From assembly GCA_047495785.1 (NCBI GenBank), contig JBLDXI010000030.1, positions 1,426,001 through 1,490,000 of the forward strand: DNA of 64,000 bases. The letters are read 5' to 3'. Under the pieces are notes generated by a model, which was given only the letters and a program-made list of their open reading frames with translations, did not search any database and had not been told where the DNA came from. The stretch is from Lepidodermella squamata (lineage: Eukaryota > Animalia > Gastrotricha). The position numbers and the translations under genes are program-made. Positions 23,685-35,172 of this stretch are shown piece after piece (the stretch's first letter is position 1; each line of letters opens with the position of its first letter).

Positions 23685-25087
23685 ATGATACGTTTCTGGA
23701 GATACATCGGTCTCTTGTTTTACGTTTTTGCTGCAGCTAACGCACAAGATTTCGACGAAAATGGAGGTAAAAATAACAATAATATACCTAAGATGCCCGG
23801 ATTGAGCCACAAAAATCTATAAAACCCACAAAATATGAAAAATCTTGCCAATTTCCCCAAAACAGGATAGTAGGGTATCCTGTTCAATTACTGAGCCCGC
23901 TAATTCACTCATCAAAAAAACTCCTGATTTGCATATTAAAATTTTTTTTATTACCGGATTGAATTTTTTTCGGAATGAGAAACACCAATTTTCTCAATTT
24001 CACCAGTTTTTTTTTAAATTGACTTTTCAAAAAATTTAAGCTTAATTTTCTCATTTTCAATTTTTTTCAATTTTGAATTTATAATTAATTTTCATATTTT
24101 TTGTTTTATTTATTTGTGATTTTTACATTTTTTGTATTTGAAGATCGAATTTACTCTTGTGAGACTACCGTCCCTCAAAATGCAGAGATGGCTGACCCAA
24201 TATTTTACAAATACGCCTCGCCTTTCATTCAAGTGATGACTAGCCACACTGTTCCCTGTGATGGCTACATCACCTCATGGCGATTTGTCTCCCGAACAGT
24301 CAACATCAACCCAGGAGCCCATCTCGCCATTTTCAGGAAAAACTCCCTCAACCAATTTACAATTACGCTAATTAACGACACACCTATTCAAAGGGTCCGT
24401 CTCGACTCGGCGAGTGTGAAAGTTGGCAGTGATACTTATCGTTTCATGACTGAGCTGAAATTCAACAACAAAACGCAGACGATCGGAATTTTCCCCGCCT
24501 GGGTTGAGTTACATCTCGGCAAAGGCCTTGAAGTTCGACAGGGTGATATTTTAGCGATTTACTACGACGCGAAAGAAACCCCTGAGACGATGCTGGCGAT
24601 TCCTTACTATCGAGGTCCTGTATTTTCTGGAGTAAGGGGCTTATCAAGCGGTGCTGCAGGATCTGTTCCGCCAACGATGCTTTTCATGAAGGATCAGAAT
24701 GATTTGTATGTCTATGGGAAGTCGTTGAACACCCAAGAGGCAGGTCTTGATTACAGAGATAATGCTCTGATTGCTGTGATAACAAGCCGGGCTATTACTA
24801 CAACTACTAGCTCAACATCGACCACGACAACAACGACAAGGGCAACGACTACTAGAGCAATTACTACCACTACTACAACAGCACCTTTTGTTGATGTAAC
24901 GGATGAGGATACAGATCCGCCGACTACAACAACGACTCGGAGAACTACGGCCCCGCGAAGGACTACAACCACTACAAAACAAACCACTACTACACAGGAT
25001 GCGGATGTGACTCCGACTGCGACAACTGGACGGCAAAGGATGACGAGGACTAGGACAACGACAGTCTTCGCAGCGTATGACAGCTGA
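23685..25087 (+). CDS. Paralog of 22008-23287: secreted globular domain plus Thr-rich tail; exons 23685-23766, 24144-25087
   Basis: Signal peptide MIRFWRYIGLLFYVFAAANA, the same DENG|DRIYSC phase-1 intron, and strong similarity (PCDGYI, FPAWVEL, GLSSGA.GSVPPT, DYRD). Confidence 0.88.
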
Positions 25088-25655
25088 TTTCAGCATTCAT
25101 CTTGACTTTTATACATCATTTTACCGTTGACAAGTGAGATGTGTGGGCTTAATTATTACTTCAGTTATTTCCTAAACTAAGGGTCCTAGGCTTGTTATTG
25201 GGGTTCAAGGTACACCCCTCTGAGACCATGATCCTTGAAATTCAAAAAATCATATCATAAGTTTTGGTAAACTTGCAAAAATATTTCTTAATTTTTGTCT
25301 TCTGGCCAAATTTCAAATTAATTGAAACTTATTCGATATCTTTAGAATGGCATCTGAATCAAACTGTGTCAAGTCAAAAATTTTCAATCCCAAATCAAAA
25401 TTAGGCTCTAAGTTGATTCTGTAAAGCATTTCACCCTCATTTCACTTGTCAGCAATAATTGTGAATAAAGCTGCATTCTTTCTAACTCGTGTGCGTTTTT
25501 TCATCTATTATCTCTGTGTATAGCCTGTAGTGTGTAATGAAAAGCATCCGAGCGCGTGTGTAGTTATACCATCTGCCTTATACTACGAACACCAGTACTA
25601 CACAGCTATTCATCTCGTGTATAGTAGCATCGTCATACTGGCGTACATCAATAAT

Positions 25656-26900
25656 ATGAAAAACGTGCTCGCAACCTTAATTGTTTTGCTGTTCTACGCT
25701 GTTGAGTTGGCGTACAGTCAATTGAGTCAAACCTACGGCCTACCTTGCAGTGCCAACTCGGAATGCAAGGGACCTAATGAAGAATGCTTTTACGCTACAC
25801 ATCTGGTAAAACTTTCAAATCAAATCGATATTCGAATTTGGAATAATTATTTTTAAATTGAAGGACCCACCCTGCCAAAAAGGCGTTTGCGCCTGTAAAA
25901 GCTGCTTCAAACTAGTCGATGGATCTTGTGTGAAAAGTAAGCATTCATCCTTCATCCTAAAACTAGTGACCAATTTCGACTTTTTAGAAAGCTATGTGAA
26001 TAAAGTTGGGGATGTTTGCACGTCAAAGGCTGGCGAAATTATCACTGTCCCTAACGCATTTTGCCCGAATCGAGGCTCCTTAAGTTGTAAGGTTGGTTCG
26101 AGTTCAGGCCCAGTTTGCCCTGGCAACTATTCTTGCGATTCAATACTCGGCGAGGCGGGTGAATGTTCCGCAGAAGCGACTTGCGATCGCAAAACAAAAT
26201 CCTGTAAATGCGCGGAGGTCTACCTTAAATTTGACCCAGATCTTCAAATGTGCGTCCGGCGAGAGTATGGCGACTCCTGCTCGAAAAATGAGGAGTGCCA
26301 AGTGAAAGGGAAACTCGATCGGAACGGAGAGCTGTCCGGCTTTACGAGTGTTAACGGAGCTTGCATCGATGGCCAATGCATGTGTGGGTCGGATTCTAAG
26401 CCGACGATAGTCAGTTTTCTGAGCCCGGTCACTCAACAGGTGGTTGGCAAGGTGATTTGCGTGAAATTCGCTGCCAAGGTCGATTTGCCTAGCAACAGCA
26501 CGTGTGATATTGACCCGGTCGGTTGGAGTAATGAAGATGCCGTTCGGGTGTGTGCCTCTACCCACATTTGCAGGGCCTGCCCGGAAAACCTGGCTTCTCC
26601 AGGTTTCCGACGCACCCGAGATGGATTATGCCGTAAGAACTCTAAATCACTGCTGAACTTTTCTGAACTCTTTGAATAGGAAAAGTGATCACGTCAAAAC
26701 TTGTTTCTGAGGAAACATGTGGTCGAAACAGCCCAGTTCCAGTTAAATCAACAATCTCGCCAACGGATCTGCTCAAGCAAGTTACAACTCAAAAACCCAC
26801 ATCTGGAAGAACGGCAAGCTCAGCTTCGAGGAATTCTGACTCAATCACCAGCTTAACAATACTCACAGCTTGTTCATGTTTGATCAAAATCCTGCTTTGA
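25656..26900 (+). CDS. Cys-rich (EB/EGF-like modules) cell-surface protein, probably GPI-anchored; exons 25656-25805, 25864-25936, 25988-26632, 26680-26900
   Basis: Signal peptide MKNVLATLIVLLFYAVELAYS; repeated YG..C..N.EC and C..G.C.C motifs; three short GT-AG introns keep the frame; Ser/Thr stalk and hydrophobic C-terminus (SLTILTACSCLIKILL). Confidence 0.82.
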
Positions 26901-27026
26901 TGATTTGCTGTTTTAAAAAACAAGAAGATTATTGAAAACTTCGATTTTTTATTGGTTCTCTGAATTATCTATCATGAATGATACTTGGGAGCTAAAATTC
27001 TCACGGATTTCCCTGAGAAATTTCAA

Positions 27027-28064
27027 TCAAATTTTGCGAAAAACAGCGCAAATCGACCCGAAGTTATGGCCGAATTTACTCGGCTCCGCTACGACAAATC
27101 GTCGAAATTCGTCCCAGAAAAGCGACGTCACAAATTGGCGACCAGCCTCACTGCGATACACCGACAAAGCGTCGCGGAAGTACCGCTCGAACAAACCAGC
27201 CATTGCCGTTATGTACTCATCAGCAAATTTGTTAACGTCCCCATGCTTCGCGAAATTTTGGTAAAAATCGCTGGTCGACAGTGGCAATTGCTCTGCCTTG
27301 ATTAGCTCCAACGAGTTGATAGTCGTTATGTCTTCGAATTGACGCCAGGCTATCGGGATGTTGAAGTTCAACAGCTCATTCTCTGTTATGACTTTCCGCT
27401 CAACGAGAAGCCAAGCGCACCAATACATGGCTTCGAAAACATCGGCGGCTGATTTAGTAGCAGTCCAAGTAGTTAAGACTAGAGTCCCTCCTCGAGCCAA
27501 CTCATCGCTTCTAGCTCGTAGGAAATTAGCCCAATCCTCAGATGCCTGGTGATTGAATGCGGCCAACTCTTCGTCCGAAGCGAACAAAGACGTGCAGTGG
27601 CGTTTGATTTTAGCTGGCAGCTTTGATAGCCAACTCAAGCCTCCATTGCTCAAACCAAGATGCAGGCAGTTATCGGGTATGATTTGAGTTAAAGGGCTCA
27701 GACCAGACGCTAGGTAATTCACGTTTTTGATTGCTTTCAAAACAGATTTCGTGCTCGATTGATGGTAATCGAAAATTCTGCTCCAGTTCAAATCGGCTCG
27801 CCCTTGTTCCGCAAAAATGATTGACTGAATAGATTCATCGCCGTATTTTTCTCGCAAGGCATTGATAGCAGTTATAACTGACGAGGAGTTAGATTCGGGC
27901 GAAGTCACGCCGAAATGTGCGATGAAAAATGGCGAATTTTGAGAAATCTGGGCCGAGTGGTGCTCCACGGCTAGTAGAACGTGATTATTCAGCATTTCGT
28001 TGTGAGGCTGGTCTTCACACTCGTCCATTTCGTTTTTTGAGTTGAAACTTCCGGTGGAGAGCAT
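27027..28064 (-). CDS. SABATH-like (Methyltransf_7) methyltransferase paralog with degenerate SAM-binding motifs, intronless
   Basis: Aligns to 58312-59382 (PDNCL..WLSKLP, QASEDWANFLRARSDELARGG, AVFRK), but motif I reads IAHFGVTSPESN instead of IADFGSSTGAN. Confidence 0.85.
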   Translation of the reverse strand: MLSTGSFNSKNEMDECEDQPHNEMLNNHVLLAVEHHSAQISQNSPFFIAHFGVTSPESNSSSVITAINALREKYGDESIQSIIFAEQGRADLNWSRIFDYHQSSTKSVLKAIKNVNYLASGLSPLTQIIPDNCLHLGLSNGGLSWLSKLPAKIKRHCTSLFASDEELAAFNHQASEDWANFLRARSDELARGGTLVLTTWTATKSAADVFEAMYWCAWLLVERKVITENELLNFNIPIAWRQFEDITTINSLELIKAEQLPLSTSDFYQNFAKHGDVNKFADEYITAMAGLFERYFRDALSVYRSEAGRQFVTSLFWDEFRRFVVAEPSKFGHNFGSICAVFRKI

Positions 28065-28253
28065 TTTTCACTAAATGGTTTCACGCAGTGTCAGGAAGTA
28101 TTTTTGTTTTCCGTCTGTGGGCTAGCGGTCAGTGGATAAAGCTCAATGAATAAATTACGCGATAGCATTTCACAAAATTGGGATTACTGGATAATCATTT
28201 CACGATACCTCAGCGTATGAAGAAGGATTCTCGAGCTGGGGATAAATTCCAAC

Positions 28254-28411
28254 TAGGGTGCGAAGTACATGGGTGCTGGGGTGTCGCGACGCCCCAACTC
28301 CGGGACTCCAACCACAGGAAGGCTGAAAAACCACAGGAGGGCCCTTTGGTTTCTTCGGCTGGGTCCTGGAAAACAAGTTGAAAACACTTCCGTATCCTAC
28401 TTCGCACACTG
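28254..28411. mobile_element. hAT-type MITE, 158 bp
   Basis: TIRs TAGGGTGCGAAGTA and TACTTCGCACACTG; perfect 8-bp TSD ATTCCAAC (28246-28253, 28412-28419); second partial copy at about 5006-5130. Confidence 0.85.
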
Positions 28412-28892
28412 ATTCCAACCCTAATTTGAGTTCTAAAGACCTCAACTTTTCGGTTTCTCTGCTTGGACGTCTCGAATCTTGCAGGCAGAATGATGATCTT
28501 TAGGGAGGAATGCAGTGAGAAACCCCGGATTTTACATTTATCAATTACTTCATTGCAACAGAGTGAAGCGAAATTTGAGCCTTCATTGGAGCATGGAATT
28601 TAGGCAGCTCAGTGCTTTCCTCGCTATGTGTGGCGGAAAAACTGAATTAAAACAATACCATAATTGAAAAAACACCGCAAAACTCGCAATTGTGTGTAAC
28701 AAAATGCTAAGAGTATGCGTGTAACATTGTCACACGCTGTGAGATGTGCATTTCAAACAATAGAAAACTAGCTGTTTTTCGCACCAGATATACTGCGCAA
28801 TTATGTATGCGCACTTTTGCAACTCAGGCTCGAGATTTGTCACTTGACAACACACGCGCCGGGTTGCATTTAATCATAGAGAGAAAGAGAAG

Positions 28893-31218
28893 ATGGAAAC
28901 ATCGGTAATTGTTTTCCACACTTGGCACATTATCAAGCTATGGCTCATTATCAATCTTGCAAAATATTCACAATCATCAGGTTTGATTACTTACAGTAAT
29001 TCTTATTCAGAAAGTTAGGCTCAATTCCGGGCCCATCGTAGTTCCGTCCGGCGCGCGCGCGTCGGTTGCGCAATTGGAGGGTAAAAGTGGACTTGCGCAA
29101 AACGCTAAGTCGAAATTTTGATGAATTTCTACGTCGCGTGCGCTGATGTCAAAGGGCTATTTTTGAATATCTCGGCGGTTTTTATACCAAAAATAATTCA
29201 AATAATTTTCTATCGATTGAAAATGGTTTCTCGCGCGAAAAACTAAAATAAAGAAGGTTTCCGCGCGTCTTTACTTTTGAGAAGCGAGTGCGCCCGCTCA
29301 TAAACTGGCGCGCAAAATCTAAGGTGCGCGTAAAACTTTTTTAGTTTAATTTTTTCGCGCGAGAACCCCATATTCAATCGATAGAGAATTGTCTGAATTA
29401 TTTTTTGGAATTGTCTGAATTAAAAACCGCCGAGATATTCAAAAGTAGCATTTTGACATCAGCGCACGCGGTATTAAATATGTTAAAAATCGATGAAACT
29501 GATGCGCGTGAGCCAAGTTCTGATTTTTAACGAATTATTTACCGCGCGCGAAGAGGATAAAGGATTACTTTCAAATTTCACGTCGGTTTTTTTACCAAAA
29601 AATAATTCAGACAATTCTCTATCGATTGAATATGGGGTTCTCGCGCGAAAAAATTAAACTAAAAAAGTTTTACGCGCACCTTAGATTTTGCGCGCCAGTT
29701 TATGAGCAGGCGCACTCGCTTCTCAATACTTGAGATACACGTAAAAATTATTATTTTCTTTAATTTTATCACGCTAGAAGCATATATCATTTGATAGAGA
29801 ATTGCCTCCTCTTCATTTTGGAGTAAAAACCGCCCAAAAAATCTAAACTAGTCTTTTGACATTAGCGCGCGCGGCTCTGGATTTGATGAAAATTTCGACT
29901 TAGCGTTTTGCGCAAGTCCACTTTTACCCTCCAATTGCGCAACCGACGCGCGCGCGCCGGACGGAACTACGATGGGCCCGGAATTGAGCGGAAGTTAGTA
30001 TAATGCTTTTGCTCGTATAATGCTGTATTTTTTAGAAATGGTTTCTGGCGATTGGGAAGTTATGCAAAATACCAGATGCATTGGCGGTGAGAAGATAAAA
30101 AAGCCAGCTCATAGCATTTTATCATGCTCAGATTGGTGTCTGGCGAATCCTGACTGCACGGGCTTCAACGTTAACAAATACGACGCGAGATGTGTCGCAA
30201 GATCTCATTGCGAGATAATCATGAGTGGCGACGCAACTTTCTATCGGAAACGGACAAGGAAAATAGAAGCAAAGAAAATCATTGGTCAGTTCGAATCTTT
30301 TCATCAAACCTCAAAATCAGAATAACGGAATCACTACATTAACATCCAATTTTTTAATTTAATTAATTAATTAATTTTTAATTTATTTTGTAATATAAAT
30401 TTACAATTACCTATTGAAAAAATTGTTTTTTTAAGAAACCTTTGAGAATCAAAATCTTTGATTTCAGAAGTTGTTGGGTTTTTCGACTAAATTCTCTTTT
30501 TTGTATTGCCATATATTACGTTTAGATGTGAATTTGTTCGACAAACCGGAGTATGATGAGTACTATTTATTTCTCGATCCCGAGCAAACAACAGCCAGAA
30601 CGAGGCGAACAACAACCACAACACCCGAGCCCTTCTCTACTTCCTCCCCACTTTGGGACGTTCAGGAAGGCAAGAAATGCAAGGGCGGTGCTCGGCTAGG
30701 CTTCATCAGCCTTAACAACGGCATATGCGCAGCACTTTGCATGAAAATCGAAGACTGTACCGGGTTCAACGTTGAAAAGGACGGATTTTGCACGGCTAGG
30801 AGTCGGTGTTCGATTGCCGACAGTGAGACAACGATTTTCTTCCGAAAACGAGAAGGCTCACCTCCAGCGGGAGAAGCTGCGTCTGAGAAGGAAACGAAAC
30901 CAAGTCGAGGAAAGACTCATATCCCCAAGATCCTAGAATGTAAGTTCTTTCGATTTCAATTTTCCGATCTTTGACTTTGTCCCATTCGTCCCCCAAGCTA
31001 AATGGGAGGTCAATAGGAAGATGCGGTGCATTGGTGGCAGTAAGGTTGGTCCTCAATCGAATGAAGCTGGCGATTGTGCTGAGGCGTGCCTTAAGGCCAA
31101 GGATTGCGACGGCTACAATTTGAACGACAATGGACAATGCATTGCAAGGGCTAATTGCCAATTAGTTGATGACGATAGAGCAACTTTTGTAAAGAAGAAA
31201 CGCAGTGAAGCTCAATAA
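28893..31218 (+). CDS. Secreted protein with three PAN/apple-like six-Cys repeats; exons 28893-28980, 30036-30284, 30526-30939, 30998-31218
   Basis: The repeat W.V....C.GG....C...C....DC.G(F/Y)N....C.AR..C......T.(F/Y).K.R occurs three times; phase-1 GT-AG introns keep the frame; N-terminal hydrophobic leader exon. Confidence 0.78.
29019..29989. mobile_element. Non-autonomous Mutator/Foldback-like element inside intron 1 of the PAN-repeat gene
   Basis: About 100-bp apparently perfect TIRs starting GCTCAATTCCGGGCCCATCG; 9-bp flanks GAAAGTTAG and GGAAGTTAG (8/9 match); an additional internal inverted repeat at about 29280-29405 vs 29598-29725; no ORF. Confidence 0.82.
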
Positions 31219-31634
31219 ATGAGAAAAACTTGGATACCTATCTCACTACTGGCGGTTTTGATTCAGGATGCTTCAATGACCTGTGTGAAATGATATTTCA
31301 ACGGCACAAGAGCCATGTCTGGTAGCAATAAGTAGCGACGAATTTAAGGAAGATCTGATAAGATATGTAAAATTGTTATTCCAAATCAAATGACCAGGCT
31401 GCGATGTTCGGACTTTGCTCGTATCAGTTTCGAAACTAGGGGATTGAGGAAAATTTTACAGGTGCCACACAGCTGCCGCGTCCGACTGCGCATGTGACCT
31501 GTCGCGTTAGCCAGATTTCGGAGATCATAATATGTGTTCAGCGGTTAAAAATTCGTCATAAAATTGATGAGTTGGCAATTTTTCCACAGAATTGTTTTCA
31601 GTCATTCCAGCTGTTGTGGGCAAGTGTGTCTGAT

Positions 31635-32357
31635 ATGCTCAGGAGCCTGCACTTATTACCCTTATTACCACTAGAGCTCTCTGCTCTGGAGCTCTTACTG
31701 CTCTGGAGATGTGCGCTACCCCGGAAATTGAGGAAGCCGTCCAAACCCAGTAAGTGACCTTTACCCCCTGTTTCCCTCATTCATACAGCTAAGTCTCGCA
31801 GGATGGACTTCACCCCCGCCGTCGAATGCGTTGCAGCCCACGCTGGGGAACTTGTTGCCGAAATGGCTCAGGGTTAGTCAAATTATTTTTACTCGGATTG
31901 TTAGTAAGCCATGTATTTTTTCATATTATCAGCCCAAAACACTGACAACGCCGGTGTTGTCCAGGCTGTTGCTGGCGCCCTGAATGCCATTATGTTCAAC
32001 GGCTGCGACATCGACGAGGTCGTCGGTGCCCACTGCCAACTGCCTGAAGATCTCGAGAACGACGAGCAGGTCCTTGCATTCCTCGAGTGCGCTGACGCTC
32101 AGTTCGAGGATGAGCAGTTCAACGCCAATTTCCCTCAGTGCATCCCCTTCAAAGATGCTTTCCGTATTGCCGCTGCGAGGCAAATTGTGGGCGCCGCCTC
32201 GAGTCTGGCTCTTGCGAACGCTCAAATGGCGACTACGATGGCGGCTATCATGAACTCTGTCAAGACCGATACGATTCAAAACGCCGTGATGCTGAACTCG
32301 GCGGCCGTCGCCATTATGAATAGTCAAATTGCCAAGAGGCCAACGCTCGTTATTTAG
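31635..32357 (+). CDS. Unknown Ala-rich, probably helical and secreted protein; exons about 31635-31749, 31789-31870, 31933-32357 (5' end uncertain)
   Basis: GC-rich codon-like exons joined in frame by short phase-1 GT-AG introns (..MDFTPAVECVAAHAGELVAEMAQ|AQNTDNAG..); spaced Cys residues. Confidence 0.6.
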
Positions 32358-32892
32358 TCCTGTCCATAGAGAACGTTCTCTATGGTCCTGTCGATGCGTT
32401 TCATCTATGAATCTAAACGCCCTGAGAGACATTTTAAGCTTCAGCATATTGGTGTTGGTTATTTTGATTAAGACACTAGAGGAATAGAACCATTGACTTA
32501 GTTTGCGATACTTATGGTACACGCTGCATTTCAGCTGAAAACTTTGCGAAATCCACGCATTAAATTTAAGCGAGGAAACTTCAAAGTCTCTCAGCCTTGT
32601 GATGATGCGCAGCTGATTAGCTAGGTTCGATTTTTGACTACTTCAACGTTGGATGCTTCAATTCACATTAAGAGTTGTCGGTGGCCATAAGACTTGGATG
32701 CGATTGAGATCCAATTAAGGTACGAGAACCTATTGCTGCTTGAAGTACTACACTGGAATTCACGGACTCAACCCTAAGCTTAACCTGAGCTTAACCAAAT
32801 GTTTCAAAAAATGAGCCATATCAAGTTTCACCAGAAAAAATGAGATAGCAATCTTACGCTCCTCTTACGAACACTTGTCACTCGGAATAAAA

Positions 32893-35172
32893 ATGAATGC
32901 TCTCAACTTATGCATTATCATATCATGCGCTTCCCAGCTTTGCTTAGCGGAGAAGGTGCTCAAAATCGTCACATTCGCTCAGATAACTAATCCAAATGCT
33001 AACGTTAGAATGGGCGACTACTGCATCGCCTCGTACCAAATCGCCGTGAATGCTGCGAATGACGATCCGCAAATTCTCCCCGGCTACAAAATCGAACTGG
33101 AGATTTTCGACGAAGGGATCGCTGGGGCAAATACTCTCAAGTCCGTGCTAAATGCCAGCGAAATGCTTGGAGACCGAGTTGCTCCAGTGATTGTTGGTCA
33201 AATCGTCAATTGTCATGTTCTTCAGCCTGTTGTGAAGCAGTTGAGAATGATCCAGGTAACCTACGGATGCGGCGCTATTGGTTTGAGCTACCCTAGGTCC
33301 CACTACAACGCTTTGTATTCAACTGGTGGGACAATCGAGGGTGAATACTTCATGTTCCTCAAGTTTGTAGTTGCAATCGGAAAATGGCGCCAGATCGGCC
33401 TTGTATCAACAACTGCATCCCTCGACGCAGCCTTAATGAAAACAATAGTCAACCACGCAACTAACAACAACATCACCGTTGTCTCGATCATAGCAGATGA
33501 AGACTTCACCAAACTCGATTTCGCTTACGAAATGAAAGCGAGTGATGCTAGGATCTTCATTTTCGCTGGCGCTAACCCTATTTCAAAGTTAGCCGCTCGG
33601 TTTGTTTGCCAGGCTTACAAAGTTGGAATAAGAGGGCCAAATTACGCCTTCCTAATGCTTTACTCAACGCTCTACTCGGTTGATTTGAAGCCGGTCCTAG
33701 CGGCGGAATGCGACTCTATGGATATTGTCAAGGCCCAGGCAAAGATTACGCTTTTCTTCGGCTTGAACAAAAGTTTGGGTGGGCCTTTAGTTGGGAACGG
33801 AAGTCTTGGCTACGGTCCTTTAGAGTTCGAACGTCGTTTGAAGGTCGCGATGGGCAACAAAACTGCGGCGGACTACATCGCCCGAACGTTTTGCCACGAC
33901 GCAGTGATGGCGGCGATTTCGATATTGAACTCGACTGAGTACAAACTCAGAAGATCAAATCTAACTTTGAGTAGCTGGAATACGGTGCCTGATTTTGTTC
34001 AACAAGTCGTGAACACCTCTGCAACGGAACTTGATATCGTTACCCTGAGATCTGGGCGAATTTTCTATTCGAGCCGGTTGGAAGTCGAAAATCAGCCGAG
34101 TACGGTTTCGATAACTACGAGCCTGTCCGATATCAGCCATTTTTACACAATTGGCGCTTTGAACGCAAAGAATGGCTCGCTTTCCCTGTCGAATTACGTC
34201 ATCGAACCTTTCCCGAATTCCAAGGCTATGTGGACAACTGTAAGTGGTAACCCGCCTAAAGATTTGTCAAGCGTGGTTAACTTGAAAATCGACATGTCGG
34301 CAGCGTCAAGGATCAGCCTAATTATAGTCGCGGCTGCTCTCTCGGTATGTCAGCTAGCTGTGTCTGGTTTTTCAATGCTCAGACGCGTTGATACATTTTT
34401 CGATAGGACTGGCGCGACGTTCGCCACTGTCGGGTGTTTTTTACTTGACGCTGCTGTAATTAATCAAGCTCTTGAAGGCATTTCGTGCTCCGCAGTCTTT
34501 GCTCTGCCTATATTGGGTTTCACCCTGATGAACGCTACTTTTCTGTCCAGGACTATAACATTACATTCCCATATTCGTTTCAAATCGATAGCTGAAGTAA
34601 CGAGTGCCACAAGAACTAGCTTCCCGAAAAGCTCGTCGAAAAGAAGGGGAAGTCGCTACGCGCAAAAACCGAAAAAACACCGAAAGTTATCTCCAAGCCA
34701 GATTGCACGCTTCACCAGTGGCTTCGTCGCATCGACGATATTCCTTTGCGGATTTGTGCTGATTATTTGGCTTACTGTGGTCAATCCTGTGGGTTATACC
34801 GTAGTGTTGAGTGAAATACAGTTCAGCAATGAGCTGGACTCTTACTACACTACCGAGACTCTCATTTGCACCGGGGTCGATTTCAAGTCATGGATAGGAG
34901 GATTTCTCTGTTTCAACATACTGATTCTCGTCATCGGCCTATTTCTCGCGTTTGAGGTTAAATCGATTGCGAAACCTGTAGAATATCAAAAGGATATAGC
35001 TTCGTATCAGATTGCAACGCTTAATAGTCTTGCGATACTGTGCGCATCTACGCTCATTGCAGTCGGCTTTCCTTCTTGGTTCGGCAGCTTATTAGTGATA
35101 ATTATCACCGAGATCATTCACTCAACAACATCTTTTTTTATTGTATTTTCGGCTGTGCTGTTTCGAAAGTGA
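32893..35172 (+). CDS. Orphan class C GPCR, GABA-B-receptor-like (Venus flytrap + 7TM), intronless
   Basis: Signal peptide; IAVNAANDDPQILPGYKIEL, KASDARIFI and CQAYKVGIRGPNY are GABA-B/ANF-type VFT motifs; PPKD linker with no Cys-rich domain; seven hydrophobic helices with LIIW...P and GLFLAFE. Confidence 0.9.
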   Translation: MNALNLCIIISCASQLCLAEKVLKIVTFAQITNPNANVRMGDYCIASYQIAVNAANDDPQILPGYKIELEIFDEGIAGANTLKSVLNASEMLGDRVAPVIVGQIVNCHVLQPVVKQLRMIQVTYGCGAIGLSYPRSHYNALYSTGGTIEGEYFMFLKFVVAIGKWRQIGLVSTTASLDAALMKTIVNHATNNNITVVSIIADEDFTKLDFAYEMKASDARIFIFAGANPISKLAARFVCQAYKVGIRGPNYAFLMLYSTLYSVDLKPVLAAECDSMDIVKAQAKITLFFGLNKSLGGPLVGNGSLGYGPLEFERRLKVAMGNKTAADYIARTFCHDAVMAAISILNSTEYKLRRSNLTLSSWNTVPDFVQQVVNTSATELDIVTLRSGRIFYSSRLEVENQPSTVSITTSLSDISHFYTIGALNAKNGSLSLSNYVIEPFPNSKAMWTTVSGNPPKDLSSVVNLKIDMSAASRISLIIVAAALSVCQLAVSGFSMLRRVDTFFDRTGATFATVGCFLLDAAVINQALEGISCSAVFALPILGFTLMNATFLSRTITLHSHIRFKSIAEVTSATRTSFPKSSSKRRGSRYAQKPKKHRKLSPSQIARFTSGFVASTIFLCGFVLIIWLTVVNPVGYTVVLSEIQFSNELDSYYTTETLICTGVDFKSWIGGFLCFNILILVIGLFLAFEVKSIAKPVEYQKDIASYQIATLNSLAILCASTLIAVGFPSWFGSLLVIIITEIIHSTTSFFIVFSAVLFRK

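Noticed and set aside
22789-25096. Poly-Val and Arg/Ser/Cys-rich ORFs on the minus strand and alternative frames
   Set aside because: They are shadows of the ACN-rich Thr tracts of the two mucin-like genes.
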